Assembly: GCA_964016885.1 (NCBI GenBank)
Contig: OZ024740.1
Location: forward strand, 210,118,001-210,182,000
Length of the DNA stretch: 64,000 nucleotides
DNA from: Eledone cirrhosa
Taxonomy: Eukaryota
Direction of reading: 5' to 3'
Shown: in pieces, positions 40,592 to 55,031 of the stretch
Layout: each line of letters starts with the position of its first letter
Position numbering within the stretch: position 1 is the stretch's first letter
The notes under the pieces: model-generated
What the model saw: the letters and a program-made list of their open reading frames with translations, nothing else
What the model was told of the DNA's origin: nothing
Databases searched by the model: none
Made by a program: the position numbers and the translations under genes

Positions 40592-40965
40592 GGAATCTGA
40601 GTTTTTCGAATATTAATAATAACATTCGATTCGTTTGCAATTATGCAAACAAGCCTCATTTTTATAGCCATGTCAGTAGAATGAACTCTTCATTCTTGCT
40701 CTTGTGTTGGCATGTAAACAGAACTGCAGACACTAATGTTTTTTTTTTATTTGAATTTGGCAAAGCCGGCCATTTATCGCCCATATACAGGAAACTGACT
40801 GGCCAGTCTGCTGATATGCAAATCTGGCTGGTCAGTGGAACTGCTAATATGCAGATCTGACTGATCAGCCAGTCTGCTAATACGCAAATCAGGCCGATCA
40901 GTGATTGTATATTTTTGAAAATAGCATATATTTTCACTAGCTCTGACAGTTGGCAGGTGAACAGT

Positions 40966-41015
40966 GAGCTGTACTGATGAAGGGTGATACCCAGAAACAT
41001 TAGTGTCTGCAGTTC
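40966..41015 (+). ncRNA. Canonical type I HHR (GUC site) in fold-back element 40596-41183
   Basis: GAGCTGTA-CTGATGA-AGGGTGATACCCA-GAAA-CATTAGTG-TC-TGCAGTTC; arms 40596-40742 and 40995-41142. Confidence 0.88.
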
Positions 41016-41179
41016 TGTTTACATGCCAACATAAGAGCAAGAATGAAGAGTTCATTCAACTGACATGGCTATAAAAATGAGGCTTGTTTGCATAATTGGA
41101 AACGAATCGAATGTTATTATTAATATTCGAAAAACTCAGATTAGATTTAATGTATTCAGCCATATAGAGCGAACATTTT

Positions 41180-41245
<66 letters not shown>

Positions 41246-41402
41246 AAGTATGTACGAGATGTCAAATTTTCCTTACATTTATTCATCAATCGATTGGCTG
41301 GGCTAAAAAGCTACATTCGATCGCCGCACCGTTAATTGTTATTGTGTGTGTGTATGTATATGTAGGTGTGTATATGTATATATGTATGTGTGTTTCTTTA
41401 TA

Positions 41403-41450
<48 letters not shown>

Positions 41451-42169
41451 TAATTTTTTAATTATTATTATTAATATTATTAGGGTCGGACGCCATGCTT
41501 TCCAGCATAGTTACGTCCCTTTACGATCTGAGTTCAAATCCCGCCGAGGTTGACTTTGCCTTTCATCCTTACGGGGTCGATAAAATAAAGTACCAGTAAT
41601 GCACTGGGTAATTGCTGGCCTTGTGCCAAAAGTAGAAACAATTAATATTATTAACATTATTATTGTCGTTATTATTATTATTATGTTTTTTTTTCGTGCA
41701 ATGGCCATACTCCATAACGAGAGGGCAGCCATCATTTATGTATGCATGTGACATCCCTGTTTCTAGACATTTTTCAAACGTTTCTACAATAAAGAGCGTA
41801 TCTATTTTCACTCAACAATTTCTTAAATATGTCTGTGGCATGGCAACGGAAACATTTCAGTGTTTCCGTTCCGGAAGCCAGAAGGGAATTCAGACTAAAG
41901 TAGATGATATTTTATTACAGAGGTTCTGAACTTTCCTTCTAACTTGTTTTTTCCGTTACTTACATCTGTAGTAAAAAATGATCTTCTGACTGAAACGAAT
42001 ATTTCACCTTCTGTTATATATATCTTTTACTGGCTTCAGTCATTAGACTGAAGCCGTTCTGAGATCATAGACTCCAGTATTTGTCTTTTTTCAAGTCTGG
42101 TACTTATTTTATCGATGTCTTTTTGTCAAACCGCAAATCGCTAAACAGACAGACACACAGGCACACACA

Positions 42170-42592
42170 CAAAACGCAGACACACACACACGCTCACACA
42201 CAACACTCACACACAACACTCACTCAGACACACACACACGCAACGCTCATTCACTCACACACGCACACAACACTCACTACTCACACAAAACGCAGACACA
42301 CACACACGCTCACACACAACACTCACTTACTCAGACACACACAACACTCACACACACACACACACAACACTCACTTATTCAGACACACACACACAACACT
42401 CATTCACTCACACACGCACACAACACTCACTACTCACACAAAACGCAGACACACACACACGCTCACACACAACACTCACTTACTCAGACACACACAACAC
42501 TCACACACACACACACAACACTCACTTACTCAGACACACACACAACATTCATTCACTCACACACGCACACAACACTCACTTACTCACACATA

Positions 42593-42630
<38 letters not shown>

Positions 42631-42814
42631 CACACACAACACTCACTTACTCAGATACACACACACAACACTCACACACACACAACACTCACTCAGACAC
42701 ACACACACGCAACGCTCATTCACTCACACACGCACACAACACTCACTACTCACACATACAAACACACGCACACACGCTCACTCACAACACTCACTTACTC
42801 AGACACACACAACA

Positions 42815-42869
<55 letters not shown>

Positions 42870-43036
42870 CACTCACTTACTCAGACACACACACACACAA
42901 CGCTCATTCACTCACACACGCACACAACACTCACTTACTCACACATACAAACACACACACACACGCTCACTCACAACACTCACTTACTCAGACACACACA
43001 CAACACTTACACACACACACACACAACACTCACTTA

Positions 43037-43069
<33 letters not shown>

Positions 43070-43255
43070 ACCCAACACTCATTCACTCACACACGCACAC
43101 AACACTCACTTACTCACACATACAAACAGACACTCACACACGCTCACACACAACACTCACTTACTCAGAGACACACACACACACAACACGCACACAACAC
43201 TCACTTACTCACACATACAAACACAGACACACACTCAAACACACACGCAAACACA
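42170..43255. repeat. Complex CA-derived minisatellite
   Basis: Recurring ACAACACTCACTTACTCAGAC and CATTCACTCACACACGC units. Confidence 0.9.
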
Positions 43256-43269
43256 TATATTTATATATA

Positions 43270-43902
43270 CAGGGTATTCCCCAAAGATGTATACACATTT
43301 CAACAGCAAAATAATTGCATTAAAATAAATTCTGTTTTATATGCATTATCTAAAGGGCGGTGGATTGGCAGTATCGGTTGAGGGCTGGACGCCAAGCTTT
43401 GACGCATAGAGTTACGGCCCTTGCCAGTCTGAGTTCAAATCCCGCCGAGGTTAACTTTGCCTGTCATCCTTACGGGGTCGATAAAATAAAGTACCAGTAA
43501 TACACTGGGTAATTTGCTGGCCTTGTGCCTAAAGTAGAAACAATTATCTAAAGTATGTAAAGTATGTATTGGCGGTGGATTGGCAGTATCGGTAGAGGGT
43601 CGGACGTCATACTTTCTAGCATAGTTGTGTCCCCTTACGTTCTGAGTTCAAATCCCGCCGAGGTTAACTTTGCCTTTCATCCTTACGGGGTCGATAAAAT
43701 AAAGTACCAGTAATACACTGGATAATTTGCTGGCCTTGTGCCTAAAGTAGAAACAATTATCTAAAGTATGTAAACATTTTTGGGTGTTTACATACAATTG
43801 AATTATGTCTGTAGATCATTTTATTTTGGGGAAAGGCTGTGCATTCTAATAAATATTGCTTGTACAGGTAATGAAAGTGTATGCACATTTTTTGGGACCC
43901 CA
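43270..43902. mobile_element. Probable Tc1/mariner MITE interrupted by two SINEs
   Basis: TA-CAGGGTATTCCCCAAAGATGTATACAC imperfectly mirrored by GTGTATGCACATTTTTTGGGACCCC. Confidence 0.45.
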
Positions 43903-44112
43903 GATTATGGTTCAACCGCTGCCATGTTTTGGACACCATGACCCGCTCTAGTAAAGAGTTATTGTTTTCGGAGACATATACTGGTTGTCTGCTCAATACA
44001 AAGCTTGACCTCTGCAGTGTATATGATGCTCAGTCCTGGCACGAGATCTTATGTGGCATTTTAGACCAGACACTCGCGCGCGCGCACACACACACACACA
44101 CGTGTATGTGTC

Positions 44113-44147
<35 letters not shown>

Positions 44148-44148
44148 G

Positions 44149-44194
<46 letters not shown>

Positions 44195-44199
<5 letters not shown>

Positions 44200-44572
44200 G
44201 TTTCTACTTTTTGGCACAAGGCCAGCAATTACCCCAGTGCATTACTGGTACTTTATTTTATCGACCCCGTAAGGATGAAAGGCAAAGTTAACCTCGGCGG
44301 GATTTGAACTCAGAATGGAAAGGGCCGTAACTCTATGCGTCAAAGCATGGCGTCCGACCCTCTACTGATACTGCCAATCCACCGCCATTATATTTGGCAG
44401 TATCGGTAGAGGGTCGGACGCCATGCTTTCCAGCATAGTTACGTCCCTTTACGATCTGAGTTCAAATCCCGCCGAGGTTGACTTTGCCTTTCATCCTTAC
44501 GGGGTCGATAAAATAAAGTACCAGTAATGCACTGGGGTAATTGCTGGCCTTGTGCCTAAAGTAGAAACAATT
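44195..44572. mobile_element. Head-to-head pair of Meta-like SINEs in (TA)n
   Basis: 44195-44387 (-) and 44394-44572 (+). Confidence 0.85.
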
Positions 44573-44772
44573 ATATATATGTATATAATTATTCAGGACC
44601 CCGACGGCTGTATCCGAACGGATCTAATTGTCCAAACGGCCGAAGATGTGTGTGTGTGTGTTTATATATATATATATTGTTTCTACTTTTGGCACAAGGC
44701 CAGCAATTACCCAGTCCATTACTGGTACTTTTTTATTTTATCGACCCCGTATATATATATCCAACACGCACG

Positions 44773-44871
<99 letters not shown>

Positions 44872-45455
44872 CCGCAGACATTTTAAAAGCAAAGACGAAC
44901 ATTTGTTAACCTGTAAAAGAGGCCTCGATTTTTTCTTCATACTTTTAGAAAACTTACAAACTGGGTAATTTTAAGCAGAGAATTTATACAGAGAATTTAG
45001 ACTTTCAAACAATTTACAGACGATTAGCAGATGTTCTGCAGATAAATCTGGTAGCTCTCACTTTCTTTATCTATTATACTTGAGGATTACTGTCCCCTTA
45101 AACCGACTATAGGGGTACCTCACTACTCACCACCATAGGCGCTGAGCTGGCCAGCTGCAGGTGTGAGCCTCGCGAGTTGGAATGGCTCTTCCAGCGCATT
45201 TCCCTTACCATTCTCCGGGGAAACGCCTTCTCCATCCTGTCCGCCGGGGCTATGGGGAGGCCAGCACGTGGGATCCCATTTGCTCACCATACGGAGAGAT
45301 GTGGAGGGCGAGAGAGATGAAGCCGATGACAGTGGGAGTTCGGCTCTTCCACGTTCGGACCATATCCTTGTGGTTTTGTTCATTAAGCAGTTAATGAGTC
45401 TGTTTCTGTATAGACTCAATTTTCCTTCTATTTTTACGTCTACTATATTTGTAAG

Positions 45456-45792
45456 CAAGGGCCTTGTTTCAGGGGGTACCAGGGAACAAGCCCCCCCCCC
45501 CACTTTTTCAAACGTCTATTTTTTTTTGTTTATTTGATATAATAAATTCTTTTTAAGCTTATTTTTTTTATATCTTAACTTCATTTATATAAAATTTAAT
45601 TAGCGTAAAATTTAATTAGCGTAAAATTTAATTAGCGTAAAATTTAATTACCGTAACATTTTACTTATGTGATAGGGTCCGGGAAAGGCACCATAAGCAA
45701 TACTAACATGCTCCTTTAAGAATCAACAAATGTTGGTTTGTCACCCCCCCCCCCCCCCACACACACACATTTTTAAGGCAAACGAGGCCCTG
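45456..45792. mobile_element. hAT MITE with an internal 16-bp tandem repeat
   Basis: TIR AGGGCC(T/C)…GTTT-like; 8-bp TSD TTTGTAAG; AAAATTTAATTAGCGT repeated about 4 times. Confidence 0.8.
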
Positions 45793-46645
45793 TTTGTAAG
45801 GATATAGTACATTCCCAATACTAGCTCTCTTTAAATTTATGTCGTCTGTTCAATCACCGTCAATGGCAGACTGGGAAAGTAGCGGTGCATTTGTGTTTGT
45901 TCAAAGGTTTAAGCAAAATCTGAGCTCAACAGTTTCATAAAACAACTAATGGTTTTATGTTTCAATGTATCATATACGCACAAACACAGACACACACAGT
46001 CATTTGCTCGTTATTTGTGTGTGTGTGTGTGAGAGTGTGTGTGTGAGTGAGTGTGAGTGTGTGTGTGTGTGAGAGAGAGGGTGTGTGCGTGTGTGTACGT
46101 GTGTACGTACGTTGGTGTACGTATGTGTGCACACTTAATATGGTTAGGCTGTACAATTTGCTGTCACATATTGCCAGGTTCGATCCCAATACGTCACACA
46201 CTCGATTAATGTCTTTAACCATAGCCGTCTCTCGACTCACGCTTTTTAAATGAAATTGTGTTGAGACAAACTGCAGAAGACCGTCGGGTGAATCGTAACT
46301 GTTCTTGAGCGTTAGACTTAACTCTTCACCCGGCGTAACACCACCGTATAGCTACCTTTAGCAGAGTTTACTCAATAAGGATAACTCGATGTCCTAAAGC
46401 CCCAGTGCAATAACTCATGTGTTATTGGGGTTTTCTATTTTACCAAACTTGACAGCCCTTTAATATAACATCGGGCTGCCGTTTCATCTCAAAATAGTCA
46501 ATAATAGATTTATTCAATGATAAATAACATATTTATCAAATATATTTACATGTAAAATACTTCAATACTGAAGGTATAGTCAAATTTATTATATATGAAT
46601 GTTTATTGGGACTTCAAATTCGGCCTGTAGCATTATATATATATA

Positions 46646-47171
46646 TTGGAATTTCGTATTTCTAAAGAAATACGGTATGTTTATAATAAACATTTAGAAC
46701 GCCGTAGCTATGCAAAAACACCCGCGGCTATTGCCGCCTGGTGGTGTCCATCAAAGGCAAGGGGGACAATTGTCGATGCGCATTTCGAACTGAACTGGTT
46801 CTCATCAAGATGATCCCTCCCGCTTTTGCCACTGTTGGACTTTGAAAACAGGCGAGAATATATGGTTTTCTCGTCTTCTGTAAATGAGGTAATTAATCTC
46901 ATTTGCATATGAAGCTGTGTAAGTTGGCTCAACTTATGATAGAAAACAATTAAAATTTAGCTTCAAGTATAGCTGTATACAGATATGGTTTGGAATTTCA
47001 TATTTCTAAAGAAATGCGGTATGTTTATAATAAACATTTAGAAAGCCGTAGCTATGCAAAAACAGCCGCGGCTATCGCCGCCTGGTGGTGTCCAGCAGAG
47101 GCAAGGGGGACAATTGTTGATGCGCATTTCGAACTGAACTAGTTCTCATCAGGAAGACCCCTCCCGCTCTT
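46646..47171 (-). mobile_element. Direct repeat (period 344 bp) with one HHR per copy; retrozyme- or pLTR-like
   Basis: 46646-46827 matches 46990-47171; (C/T)TGATGA-GAAC-(C/T)AGTTCA-GTTC-GAAA-TGCGCA-TC. Confidence 0.82.
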
Positions 47172-48002
47172 AGGAGTTATATTCCTAGAGCACCAGCGAA
47201 GAGTTAAACACCACGAATATTGGACGTTGTCGATAAAAGTGCCAATAAACGTCAAAACATAACGTAAAATATAGGCTGGTAAATATGGTATATAACAATA
47301 TAATAATTTAGCGTTAAAAAGCATGATGAAATATATATTGCCACGAAAAAAGCAATAAAAATTCTCGAATATGTGGTAGTTTCCACGAACAATTATTAGT
47401 TAGGTTCTAAGGAAAATTCCGCGAATAACCGGGACCGCGAATGCCGTTGTACACTATACATATATGGTAGAGGCCGAGTTTTGCTCATCATTGTTAAAAC
47501 TGGAATATTATCTTCACTGTCTACCCTTTCGTACGTAAGTCTACATACATGTATTATGCATGCATGTACGTGTGTATGTATGCATGCATGTATGTACATA
47601 TGCACGTATGTAAGTATTTATGTATGTATGCATATATGTATGTATGCATGTATGCATGCATGTATGTATGCATGTATGTATGTATTTATGCATGCATATA
47701 TATGTTTTACCATATATTATCTTTTATGCTTATCTAGGTTGATGATATTTTGAGTGTGAATGAATCACTAGTTCTGTGTGGGAAAACACTTCCAAAATTG
47801 GTTCAACATGTCGTTGTTATATACTAAATATACAAAAGCAGGACAACTAGTAGAACTTCTTTTTACCAAACCCATCCTTTCATTGAAGATTTTTACAAAG
47901 TTGTGCTAGTAAATATGTTAATAATTGTAACAGTTCCTCGAAGACCGAGTCTAAAAAATTCGTACATCTATATCTCTAATATACAAGTCCTTCTTTCACA
48001 CG

Positions 48003-48184
<182 letters not shown>

Positions 48185-48370
48185 GGAGGTGAGTTTTATT
48201 GTAGTACAATAAAGCAATGCAGATATCGAATAAGAAGCACACTTTTTTAACCTTCATATCATGTCTTCCTGTTTTATCTGATGAAAACACAAATATTATT
48301 GCATGATGAGTTTTCTTTTTGAAATGCGAATAATAAAATACATGGAACTCTTTTAACCATCTTTTGTTCT

Positions 48371-48476
<106 letters not shown>

Positions 48477-48528
48477 ATATTTTCGAAAGAGCGGGCGGGT
48501 TTGAAATTATTAGAAATGTAAGCTATCG

Positions 48529-48707
48529 CCGTATTTTGACTAAAGAAATGAAAGAAATTATTTAGCCTGATAGTGGGGTTCAGAACCCTCGGAGAAATGG
48601 AAAAAGATGAGTATTGACGTCAATACTCATCTTTTTCCATTTCTCCGAGGGTTCTTAACCCCACTATCAGGCTAAATAATTTCTTTAATTTCTTTAGCAA
48701 AATACGG
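48529..48707. repeat. Spacerless palindrome of about 180 bp between microsatellites
   Basis: Centre GAC|GTC at 48618/48619. Confidence 0.9.
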
Positions 48708-48910
48708 ATATATATATATTTATATATATATATATATAGAGAGAGAGATAGATAAATATAAACGGGTGTGTATGATTGTGTATAGAAGATTATATTAATA
48801 AAAGGAATTCCAACTTTGTCTGATTTACTCGTTTTATTTATAATCCTTTAAAATTTATAATGGTATTAGAATGAAATAGTATGGTAGAATATTAAACGTT
48901 AAGTGTTAAT

Positions 48911-48949
48911 TGAACAAGTACTTTCATGCTTTCGCAATCTTCAGGTTCA
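48911..48949 (-). ncRNA. Minimal type I HHR
   Basis: TGAAC-CTGAAGA-TTGCGAAAGCAT-GAAA-GTAC-TT-GTTCA. Confidence 0.85.
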
Positions 48950-49765
48950 TATTCTGTGGTGACAGTCAAGTTTGCAATTTTCAACTGTAACGAGATGGGT
49001 AAATTTTGTGCCTTATATACAGTGAAAAATGGCTCCAGAATGCTAAATCTTGCAAACTGTATTTCGACCAATCGGTGTGTAGTTTCACTGGATTACTAAA
49101 GCTGATTGGTTTAGGCGTCACGGTTGGTTGAGCATGTCTAACGACTACTAATTGATCCTATCCAAAGCATCAATTGTTTTGCTATTTTTAGAAATGATGA
49201 AAATAGCATTTTCTAGTAATCATCACCATCAACATCACTTTTATTATTATTATTATTGTTGTTGTTGTGAGTGGTCGTAGTCGACATGGTCGTAGTCATA
49301 GTCATAGTAGGAGTAATTCCTCATTATTACTGTTCATTTAGCTTGGGTTTGAATCTATCAATAAAATTCTTTTCTTTGATTTTTCTCTTGATTTCACTTG
49401 GGCTGTGTAATTTGTAGAATGGGAATATTATAAATATTCCCTGACCACATGTTGCTAGATGGTTACTTAGGGGTATCTGACGGACATTTGGGTCTCTGAT
49501 TTGCTGTCGGTGTACCCGTGCACGTTCCGATAGTGCATTATATATATATTTCGTTTCTGAATTTATTTAGCAAGATTCTTTATCTGAAAACGTGTGTTGA
49601 AACCGATATTGTTATGCTTTGGGAGGGTCATGTTGCCAATAAGAAACACACGCACCAGTTGCTATTACTCCAATTTATTATAAATTAAATTTATAAATTT
49701 AAGAATTTATAAATTTCCGGTTGGTTGGTTGGTTGGTTCCACAACCGGACGGTTGTTCATATATT

Positions 49766-49808
49766 GTCAAAGTTCTTTCGTCACACATTCTGTGACCTCT
49801 TCAGTGAC
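49766..49808 (-). ncRNA. Minimal type I HHR in fold-back element 49606-49916
   Basis: GTCA-CTGAAGA-G-GTCACA-GAATG-TGTGAC-GAAA-GAAC-TT-TGAC. Confidence 0.8.
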
Positions 49809-49909
49809 TGGGGATTCTTTTCTTTGTTTTTGTGCCTCTCCTTTGTTCTGTCCTACGCCATCTTGTTTTTGTGTGTGTTTCTTATTGGCAACATGACCCT
49901 CCCAAAGCA

Positions 49910-49962
<53 letters not shown>

Positions 49963-49968
<6 letters not shown>

Positions 49969-50173
49969 TAATAAATTTGAAGACTAAAATCCAAAGAGGG
50001 CTCGCTAAGGATAAATATATATCAAAGAACTGTAGAGCAAATATTTATTAAAATAACAGATTAAAGTTTAAGCAAAGAATCGGTGCTTTCACCCTTAACG
50101 GGATCTTCTGAAGATCCCGTTAAGGGTGAAAGCAGCGATTCTTTGCTTAAACTTTAATCTGTTATTTTAATAA

Positions 50174-50208
<35 letters not shown>

Positions 50209-50634
50209 ATATAAAAATGGCTTTCACAGGACTAGAACTGTTTTATTTGGGAGAAATCATCAGGCTTCCTGATGATTTCTTCCGAATGAAATAGTTCTAG
50301 TCCTGTAAAAGCCATTTCTAGATTAAATATATATACTCTGCGATGTATAGAGTACCTTACTTACTGTGGTTACCCCCGATTGAAACCGGGATAAACTTAT
50401 ATATAAACAAAGAAAATGTGATAAGAAACCAGGTGGACCATAACGCACCAGAGTACTCAATACTTAGGGTAGTAGAGTGGGTAATAGGAAAAGAGTCAGG
50501 ATCCCGATGGCTGAGCTCCGGCCGATTCGACAGCTAGTTCCGAACTAAGCCGGCACTCTAGATCCTCTGCCGGCTCAGTTCGGATCTAGCTGTCGAATCG
50601 GCAGGAGCTCAGCCGTCGAGGTCCTGACTATTTT

Positions 50635-50639
<5 letters not shown>
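49963..50639. mobile_element. Cluster of three fold-back elements (families B, A and D) in one (TA)n tract
   Basis: B 49963-50180; A 50214-50400 (HHR 50263-50313 +); D 50405-50639. Confidence 0.85.
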
Positions 50640-50713
<74 letters not shown>

Positions 50714-51187
50714 ATATATCATCATCATCATCATCATCATAAACGTTTTACGTCCGTTCTTCCACGCTAGCATGGGTTAGACGGGTTGTCCTGTTATGGG
50801 CAATGCCCGGTCGGCTGACCTTGTCTTGCTCATACGGGAACTGATTCTGGCTTGATTTCTACAGCTGGATGCCCTTCCTAACACCAACCTCATTTACAGT
50901 GAGTAGTGGGTGCTTTTTTTCTCGTGGCGCCTACACGTCCAATTTACAGTGTGGGCTGGGTGCTTTTTTTGCCGTGGCACCTCCACGACCACTTTACAGG
51001 GGAATGATAGGGTCCCCAGTCCCATCATCTCATTTCTACAGCAGAGTAAACTGGAGCAATGTGAAATAAAGTGTCTTGCTCAAGGAAACAACACACCACC
51101 CGGTCTGAGAATTGAACTCACAACTTTTCGATTGCAAGACCAATGCTCTAACCACTAAGCCATGTGCCTTCACACGCACACGCACAC

Positions 51188-51251
<64 letters not shown>

Positions 51252-54200
51252 GTAAATCTTTTTGTGAAGGTTATTTAAGTCACACATCCTTGAGAAATGA
51301 TTGAAGACACCAGCTTCCCATTTTTATACGTATAATTCTCAGATGTAAAGATGGTTTAAATGACAAGCTTTCTTATGCTTAGAAGTAATTTCTTGATAAC
51401 TGACTGATAAACTGTTTTTAGTGTCTGTTTAAACCTCTCACTAGGAAATTTTCGTATTCTAGAAAAACAAAGTTTATTTTCGTATTCTACATGACTTAAG
51501 ATAACATATAAGATAACATTAATTGTTAAAATAAAGTACCAGTCATGCACTGGGGTCGATTTAATCGACTTTCCCCTCCCCCAAAATTGCTGGCCTTGTG
51601 CCTATATAAGAAATCATTAATTGTCAGGAACGTGACACAAGCGAATCGAAATACTTATTCAATTTTCGACCTCAGCCGAATTTGAACCCAGAATGAATAG
51701 TAACTAAATACTGCAAAGTATTTGATCTGACGCTCTAAATATTCTGCTCATCTACCTTGAGCATTTTAATACACATTTTCTAATTTAGTACATGACAATA
51801 TACGACGAAGCTAATCTACATATGCTTGATCTCGTAATTTTAATTCTTTAGAGAAAAAAAACTCTGTGGTACCCAGTCAAACTTAAACAATGACAATTCT
51901 ATGGCATTTTAGTATACATACAAACTACTAAATTGTAGATAAGAAGCTTGAGATCATTTATTATGTGATAGTATACCAATAATCGACATAGTAATATTGG
52001 ATGTTTATCCTTTTATGCTGAAAAAGCTCTGTTACATTGATTTAGCAATTGAATTAAAGAGAACAAGCTAATCAATCCCATTTGTAATACGTACAAGGAG
52101 AATGCTACCATTATTTCTGTAAAGACCTCTCTCAGGATAGACATGGGCACATTCCAGGAAATAGTAAAACGATGTATGTAAATATCGTTAGATTTTTCTT
52201 AACCTTGAACAATTGTGTGCACGTTTTCCTTGATGTACCTAATATTTCATATGTATTTCTCAAAACAGTCATAATAAATACTATCAATAAAGATTTACCG
52301 AAGCACAAGACTAAATGTTTTGATGAAAGGGTGTAATTTTGTTACTAAAATACTGTGTTCGATAGTCATTTTGCTAAGAACTCTTAACCCATTCAACTAA
52401 AATCCTTTGCAAAACATTCTTCTCCATGTCATCAGTTTCACTATTACACGCACATCGTAACCAGTGTGAAAACCTTTCAGACCATTCCGACCAATAAATG
52501 ACCTCACCAGTAACCTCGAGCAATATTCTCCTGAGACAGTATATCCTCGCTAAACTCTTGAATGTTTTATTATTTCTGCATTGATAAGGGTGGTGTATTG
52601 GCAGTAATGGTAAGGCGATTTCTGATTGTAATAATGGTTTCTTATATAGGCACAAGGCCAGCAATTTTTGGGGAGGGGAAAGTTGATTAAATCGACCGCA
52701 GTGCATTACTGGTACTTTATTTTATCGACCCTGTAAGGATGAAAGGCAAAGCTAGCCTCGGCGGGATTTGAACTCAGAACGCAAAGGGACGCAACTCTAT
52801 GCTGCAAAGCATGGTGTCTGCCGCTTTACCGATACTGCCAATCCACTGCCCTAATAATGATAATGATTTCTTCATTGGCCGCTAGGACTCACATAATAAT
52901 AAAACGGATAAAAAACAAAGAACTCGCAGCTTTGCATATAATCTGAGACCTTGACTAGAGACAACGAGAAAGCATTTATGTGGTTGCTTAAATTGCTAGA
53001 AATAGCACCAAATCTCCCTTAAACTAACCACACACTCTTATGGGGAGACATTAAACAATGTAGACCGAGGTATACTTTGCCTAAAATGGCGGGATAGTCA
53101 GTGGTGGAATACCTAGGTCTGTTTGATTAGAACCGACTTAGTTTAAAATAATATTAACTACAACACGTCTAGAGAAGACGGAGTCAAGTATTCCGGCTGT
53201 TGTTGTTTTTGCTGTTGTTATTGTTGCTATCAAGTTAAACAGCAGAATGTTTGATTCCTGTCATGTTTTACTGTAACATTCAGTAAACTGAGAACTGATT
53301 AAATTTGAAACAAAAACAGAAAATCAAATTAGAATTGTGTGAAAACTTCAAGGCTGTTTATAATTCGGAAGATCTTTTTAGCGATAAAGAACGAAGAACT
53401 TGGCAAATGGCGACTAATTATATACAATTTCACTTTATAACGTTTAAGAAATTCTAGATCAATAAAAACGAGTATAAATATAATATAACCAAAGAGAGTT
53501 TGTATATTTTTCTTAATTATTCTCTTGTTTTTTCTTTAGCATGTATACGTTTGGAAATAACAAACTATTATTGGTTCAGACTAGAATTTAGTCGACGAGT
53601 TATCAGTCAATCAGTTGGTGCCTCTGCTCTCCAATGGATAATCGGATTCACGTGTCAATGTTTGGAATTCTTATTCAAATATATAGAAGAATTTTTGAGG
53701 TAATTTTTACATATTAAAATTTCAAATTGTTAAACTTATCACCGACTGCTAGAAATTGCTCATACTTGAAACTAAAATGGTGTTTATCTAATCACTCACT
53801 CATTCACAGTGATACTACATATCTCATTTATGAGTAGTGGGACTATACATCTCATTAAGATTACTATAATCGTTTACGAAGGAAGAAAAAGGACACTTAA
53901 TTCCTGATGGAGTCGTAGGGGCGCCGTCCAGAGACTCGGCGTACCTCAAACATTTTAAGCCTGGCGAAGCCCATCATCCTCCAAGTCTGAACACAGCCGA
54001 TTTCTTCTAAAGAAGCAGAGAGAGAAAGAGAGAGAGAGGTGGGGTCGACCCCAGTAGTAGACTTGCACGTTATTTATTGACCTCGAAAGGATGAAAGGCA
54101 AAGTTGACATCGGTGGAATTTGAAATCAGAACGCCATGAGCCGGAACATACACCAAGACATTTAATCCGACGCCTTACCGATTCAACTAATTCGTCATTT

Positions 54201-54380
54201 TATCTTAATATGAAGAAACAACTAAGAAATGTATTCTGAGCTTCTGTTATGACTTATAGAACGTATAAAGGTTCGGATACATTAGAACATGTTTAATGCA
54301 AATGACTTCAACCCTGGTTACTATATTTACGATAGACAATAATAACAATGGAATATCATCTACGTCTTCAACATTGACAT

Positions 54381-54420
<40 letters not shown>

Positions 54421-54421
54421 T

Positions 54422-54486
<65 letters not shown>

Positions 54487-55031
54487 GTGAAACAGTAGAG
54501 CGACGAACAAAATAGTACGTTATTTTATGCTTTGGGTTTCAACTTGACCATCGTCGAACTTGTTTTACACCCATCCGAGGTCAATAAAATAATTACAAGT
54601 GAAGTACTGTACCCTCATCTATTCCCTACCTTAATTAGAACTCTTAACTTAGAAGAAGGAAGAGTAAACATACTTTCCTCAGTGATTCTGTCACCAGAGG
54701 GATCTTTAGAGTATTGCTAAATATGTCTGGCTAAATGTAATCATAGCAAGGCTTCTAAATTAAAAAAAATGTACTTTTATCTACTTTAAAAAACACCTTA
54801 AATCACACACGTATACACACACACATATATATAGTGTGTGTATGCATGTATATATGTATATATACATATTTTATACAATATGATATATATATATTTGTAA
54901 ATATATATTTATACATTTATACTATATATGTAAGTGTATTTTTGTATATATATATATATATATATATATATACAAAAATACACTTACATATATAGTATAA
55001 ATGTATAAATATATATTTACAAATATATATA

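Noticed and set aside
42081-43328. 415-aa His/Thr-rich ORF
   Set aside because: CA-derived minisatellite that lacks stop codons because of its composition
45123-45503. GC-rich ORFs on both strands
   Set aside because: No recognisable motif; partly overlap a MITE; possibly a LINE 5' fragment but unsupported
52374-52706. 110-aa ORF
   Set aside because: It starts inside a SINE and the rest shows no domain I recognise
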